From an uncultured delta proteobacterium (lineage in GTDB: Bacteria > Myxococcota > UBA727 > VGSZ01), in contig CAVZJB010000011.1 of the NCBI GenBank assembly GCA_963775425.1, forward strand, positions 1,024,001 to 1,088,000: DNA of 64,000 nucleotides, in the 5' to 3' direction. Position numbers and translations under genes: made by a program. Within the stretch, counting starts at the first letter, position 1. Every line of letters begins with the position of its first letter. The notes beneath the pieces are model-generated. The model was not told the origin of the DNA and did not search any database. It was given only the letters and a program-made list of their open reading frames with translations. Below, in pieces: positions 61,640 through 64,000 of this stretch.

Positions 61640-62783
61640 TCACTCGAGCAGGCGCGCGCCCGGACCGTGGTGCCGCCACAACAGCCAGCTCTCCTCGCGC
61701 TCGAGGTCGCGCATGGATCGATAGCGAGGGAGGGCGCGGCCGTCGGCGCAGGCGAGCACGCCGCGCCCGGCGGCGGTCGCGCGGGGGATGGCGCGGGCGA
61801 CGTCGGCGAGGCGCGCGCGCAACAACTGCATGTGGTCGCGCCCGCGCTCCTCTTCGCCGAAGACCGCGCGGCTCAGCATGAAGCGGATGCGCCGCAGGGG
61901 CTCGAGCAACACAATGTCGACGATGGCCTCTTCGCTGTCCACGAGGCGGTGCTGCGCGTCGCGGGACCAGTCGGTGGGGTCGCGCACGAAGCCGGTGAGC
62001 TTGAGCGAGCTGCGTCGCGCGATGCCGGCCGTCACGGCGGCCACCGCCGGCCAATGGTAGGTCACGAGCGTGTCCTCGCGCCCGAGCACCAGGACGTCGT
62101 CGGTGGCGACGAAGTTGTTGGTGGTTGCGGGCGGGGGCAGTGCGCTCCAGGTGTCCTCGGCCACGGCCGCCGCGACGCCCTCTCGCGACAGCGCTTCGGC
62201 GACGAGCCGCGCGGTCTCCTCGCTCACGCCGGCCAGGACGACGCCGTTGTTGTTGCGCGCGAGCGCGTCGGCGTCCTGCGCGGTGAGGCCCGGACACTCC
62301 GCGAAGGCCGCCGCGACCTTCGCGCGTTCAAGGGGCTCGAGCGACGCGAGGAAGACGGCGTGGCGCGCAGAAGCCGGAATCCGCCGCTCCCGCGGAGACG
62401 GCGGCCGCCCGCGCGTCGTCGTCGTGCGCGGCGCATGGGGTGAGCTCCTCGAAGCGGCCGTCGCTCACACGCGACAGCTCGCCGGCGTCGAGCCAGGCGC
62501 CGCCGCAGCCGCCGCACAGGTCGATGCGGACCCCGCGCAGATGGACCGGGCTCATCTTCGACGCGCAGGAAGGGCACACCAGGCGCTCCTTGCTCGCGAA
62601 CAACGCCATGAGCTCCCTCAGCATCGCGTGCGACACGCCGTGCTGCTCGACGACGATGCGCTCGACCGTCTCCGCGCCGACGAACCGTCCGCGGCAGGCG
62701 GGGCAGACGTCCTCGCGCAACGCGCCGAAGGCGAGCGCGAGGGGCGCGGCGCGGCAGCGGGGGCACTCGGGTTCATCGGCCAT
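61640..62783 (-). CDS. Double zinc-ribbon (zf-TFIIB-like) protein; one-base insertion near 62378
   Basis: CPRC..CPAC and CPSC..CGGCGGAWLDAGEL. Removing one base joins it to ARHAVFLASLE..GVVLAGVSEETARLV (ORF 61640-62227). Confidence 0.65.
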
Positions 62784-62947
62784 CCGACGCCGAAGATAGT
62801 CGACCGCGGGGGACGCCGCTCCGGCGGCGACGCCGGCTGCGCCCGTTCGGCGTCGTCGCAGGCGTGTTCCGGCGCAATGCATGGGTGCATTGACGCAAGC
62901 GACCGCGGGGCTGTGCGTCCGGACGAAGCCCGCGCCATCGCGCCAAG

Positions 62948-62963
62948 TGGCACGTGGAGTGCA
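62948..62963 (+). promoter_or_regulatory. Putative sigma-54 promoter (-24/-12)
   Basis: TGGCACG-TGGA-GTGCA with exact GG-N10-GC spacing, upstream of the MacA-like gene. Confidence 0.55.
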
Positions 62964-62976
62964 GTTTGCGCTGCCG

Positions 62977-64000
62977 ATGGTTTCCGAGACTGCCAGCACG
63001 AAGACACGAGCGTTGGCTCCCGCGGCCAGGCGCGGGATGCATTGGCTGCGCAACGGTGCCATCGCCGCCGCCGCGGTGGTGGCCGGCGTCGCGGTGATGT
63101 GGGCCGTCTCCCGCCGCGGCGGGCCGGAGGTCGCCTTCGAGACAGCCGGGATCGATCGCGGCGGCGTGGCCGCGAAGGTCACCGCCACGGGGACGGTCTC
63201 GGCGCTCGTCACGGTGCAGGTCGGCAGCCAGGTCTCCGGGCGCATTCAGGCGCTCTACGCCGACTTCAACGACGCCGTGCACAAGGGCGAGATCCTCGCC
63301 AAGCTCGACCCGCAGCTCTACGACGCCGCGCTCGAACAGGCGCGCGCCAATGAGCTCGCGGCCGAGGCCAACCTCGCGAAGGCCAAGACGCAGGCCGCCG
63401 ACGCCGACCGCACGCGCGACCGCGAGCAGGCGCTCTTCGACCGGCAGCTCATCGCGAAGGCCGACCTCGACACGGCGCAGACCGCCGTCGACGTCGCGAA
63501 GGCGAACATCGGCGCCGCGCGGGGCGCGGTGTCGCAGGCGACGGCGGCGCTCCACCAGGCGCAGGTGAACCTCCGGTACACGACGATTCGCTCGCCCATC
63601 GACGGGGTGGTGGTCTCGCGAAACGTCGACGCGGGTCAGACCGTGGCGGCCGCGTTTCAATCACCGACGCTCTTCGTCATCGCGGAAAATCTGCGCCGCA
63701 TGCAGGTCGACACCAGCGTCTCCGAGGCCGACGTGGGCAAGCTGCGGGGCGGCATGCCGGCCTCGTTTCACGTCGACGCGTATCCGGAGGAGACGTTCAC
63801 CGGCAAGGTGCGCGAGATTCGCTATGCCCCGCAGACGGTGCAGAACGTCGTCACGTACGACGCCGTCATCGACGTGGAGAACGACGGGCTCAAGCTGAGG
63901 CCGGGCATGACCGCCAACGTCGTGTTCGTGGTGCGCGACGTCAAGGACGCGGTGCGCGTGCCGAACGCCGCGCTGCGCTTCACGCTGCCGCCAGAGCTTC
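62977..64000 (+). CDS. Efflux periplasmic adaptor subunit (MacA/HlyD-like); runs off the right window edge
   Basis: Translated by hand: TM, VTATGTVSALVTVQVGSQVSGRI..DFND.V.KG, YTTIRSPIDGVV, GQTVAAAFQSPTLF, VSEADVG, KLRPGMTANV. Confidence 0.9.
   Translation, partial: MVSETASTKTRALAPAARRGMHWLRNGAIAAAAVVAGVAVMWAVSRRGGPEVAFETAGIDRGGVAAKVTATGTVSALVTVQVGSQVSGRIQALYADFNDAVHKGEILAKLDPQLYDAALEQARANELAAEANLAKAKTQAADADRTRDREQALFDRQLIAKADLDTAQTAVDVAKANIGAARGAVSQATAALHQAQVNLRYTTIRSPIDGVVVSRNVDAGQTVAAAFQSPTLFVIAENLRRMQVDTSVSEADVGKLRGGMPASFHVDAYPEETFTGKVREIRYAPQTVQNVVTYDAVIDVENDGLKLRPGMTANVVFVVRDVKDAVRVPNAALRFTLPPEL

Overview
Very GC-rich bacterial chromosomal window, most likely from a Myxococcota-type genome (MYXO-CTERM/DUF4215 protein, PEGA proteins, DUF1592-DUF1552 pair, TPR-cNMP protein). 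About 55 genes are supportable. They include housekeeping genes (cysK, cysE, rsgA, HU, cbpA-like, trmB-like), secreted/surface proteins, a dispersed Wzx/Wzy-type polysaccharide locus (wzx, wzy-like, GT2/GT4, rmlA/C/B, acetyltransferase, FHA-fused co-polymerase) interrupted by two paralogous GH25 lysozyme lipoproteins, a speD-DUF4178-DUF350-speE-FAD oxidase operon, an internally deleted IS1182-like remnant and a partial MacA-like gene. No rRNA, tRNA or CRISPR array was seen. The most notable oddities are: an intact RAYT/Y1-transposase-like ORF that has lost its catalytic residues and carries a DnaA-type HTH; an FHA-Wzc/Wzz fusion with no tyrosine kinase; an OppA-like protein with nested SH3-like insertions; GH25-SLH lipoproteins in a diderm; and four frameshifts that all fall at GATC sites (probable methylation-linked sequencing errors). 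All family calls come from recognising motifs by eye, with no database searches.
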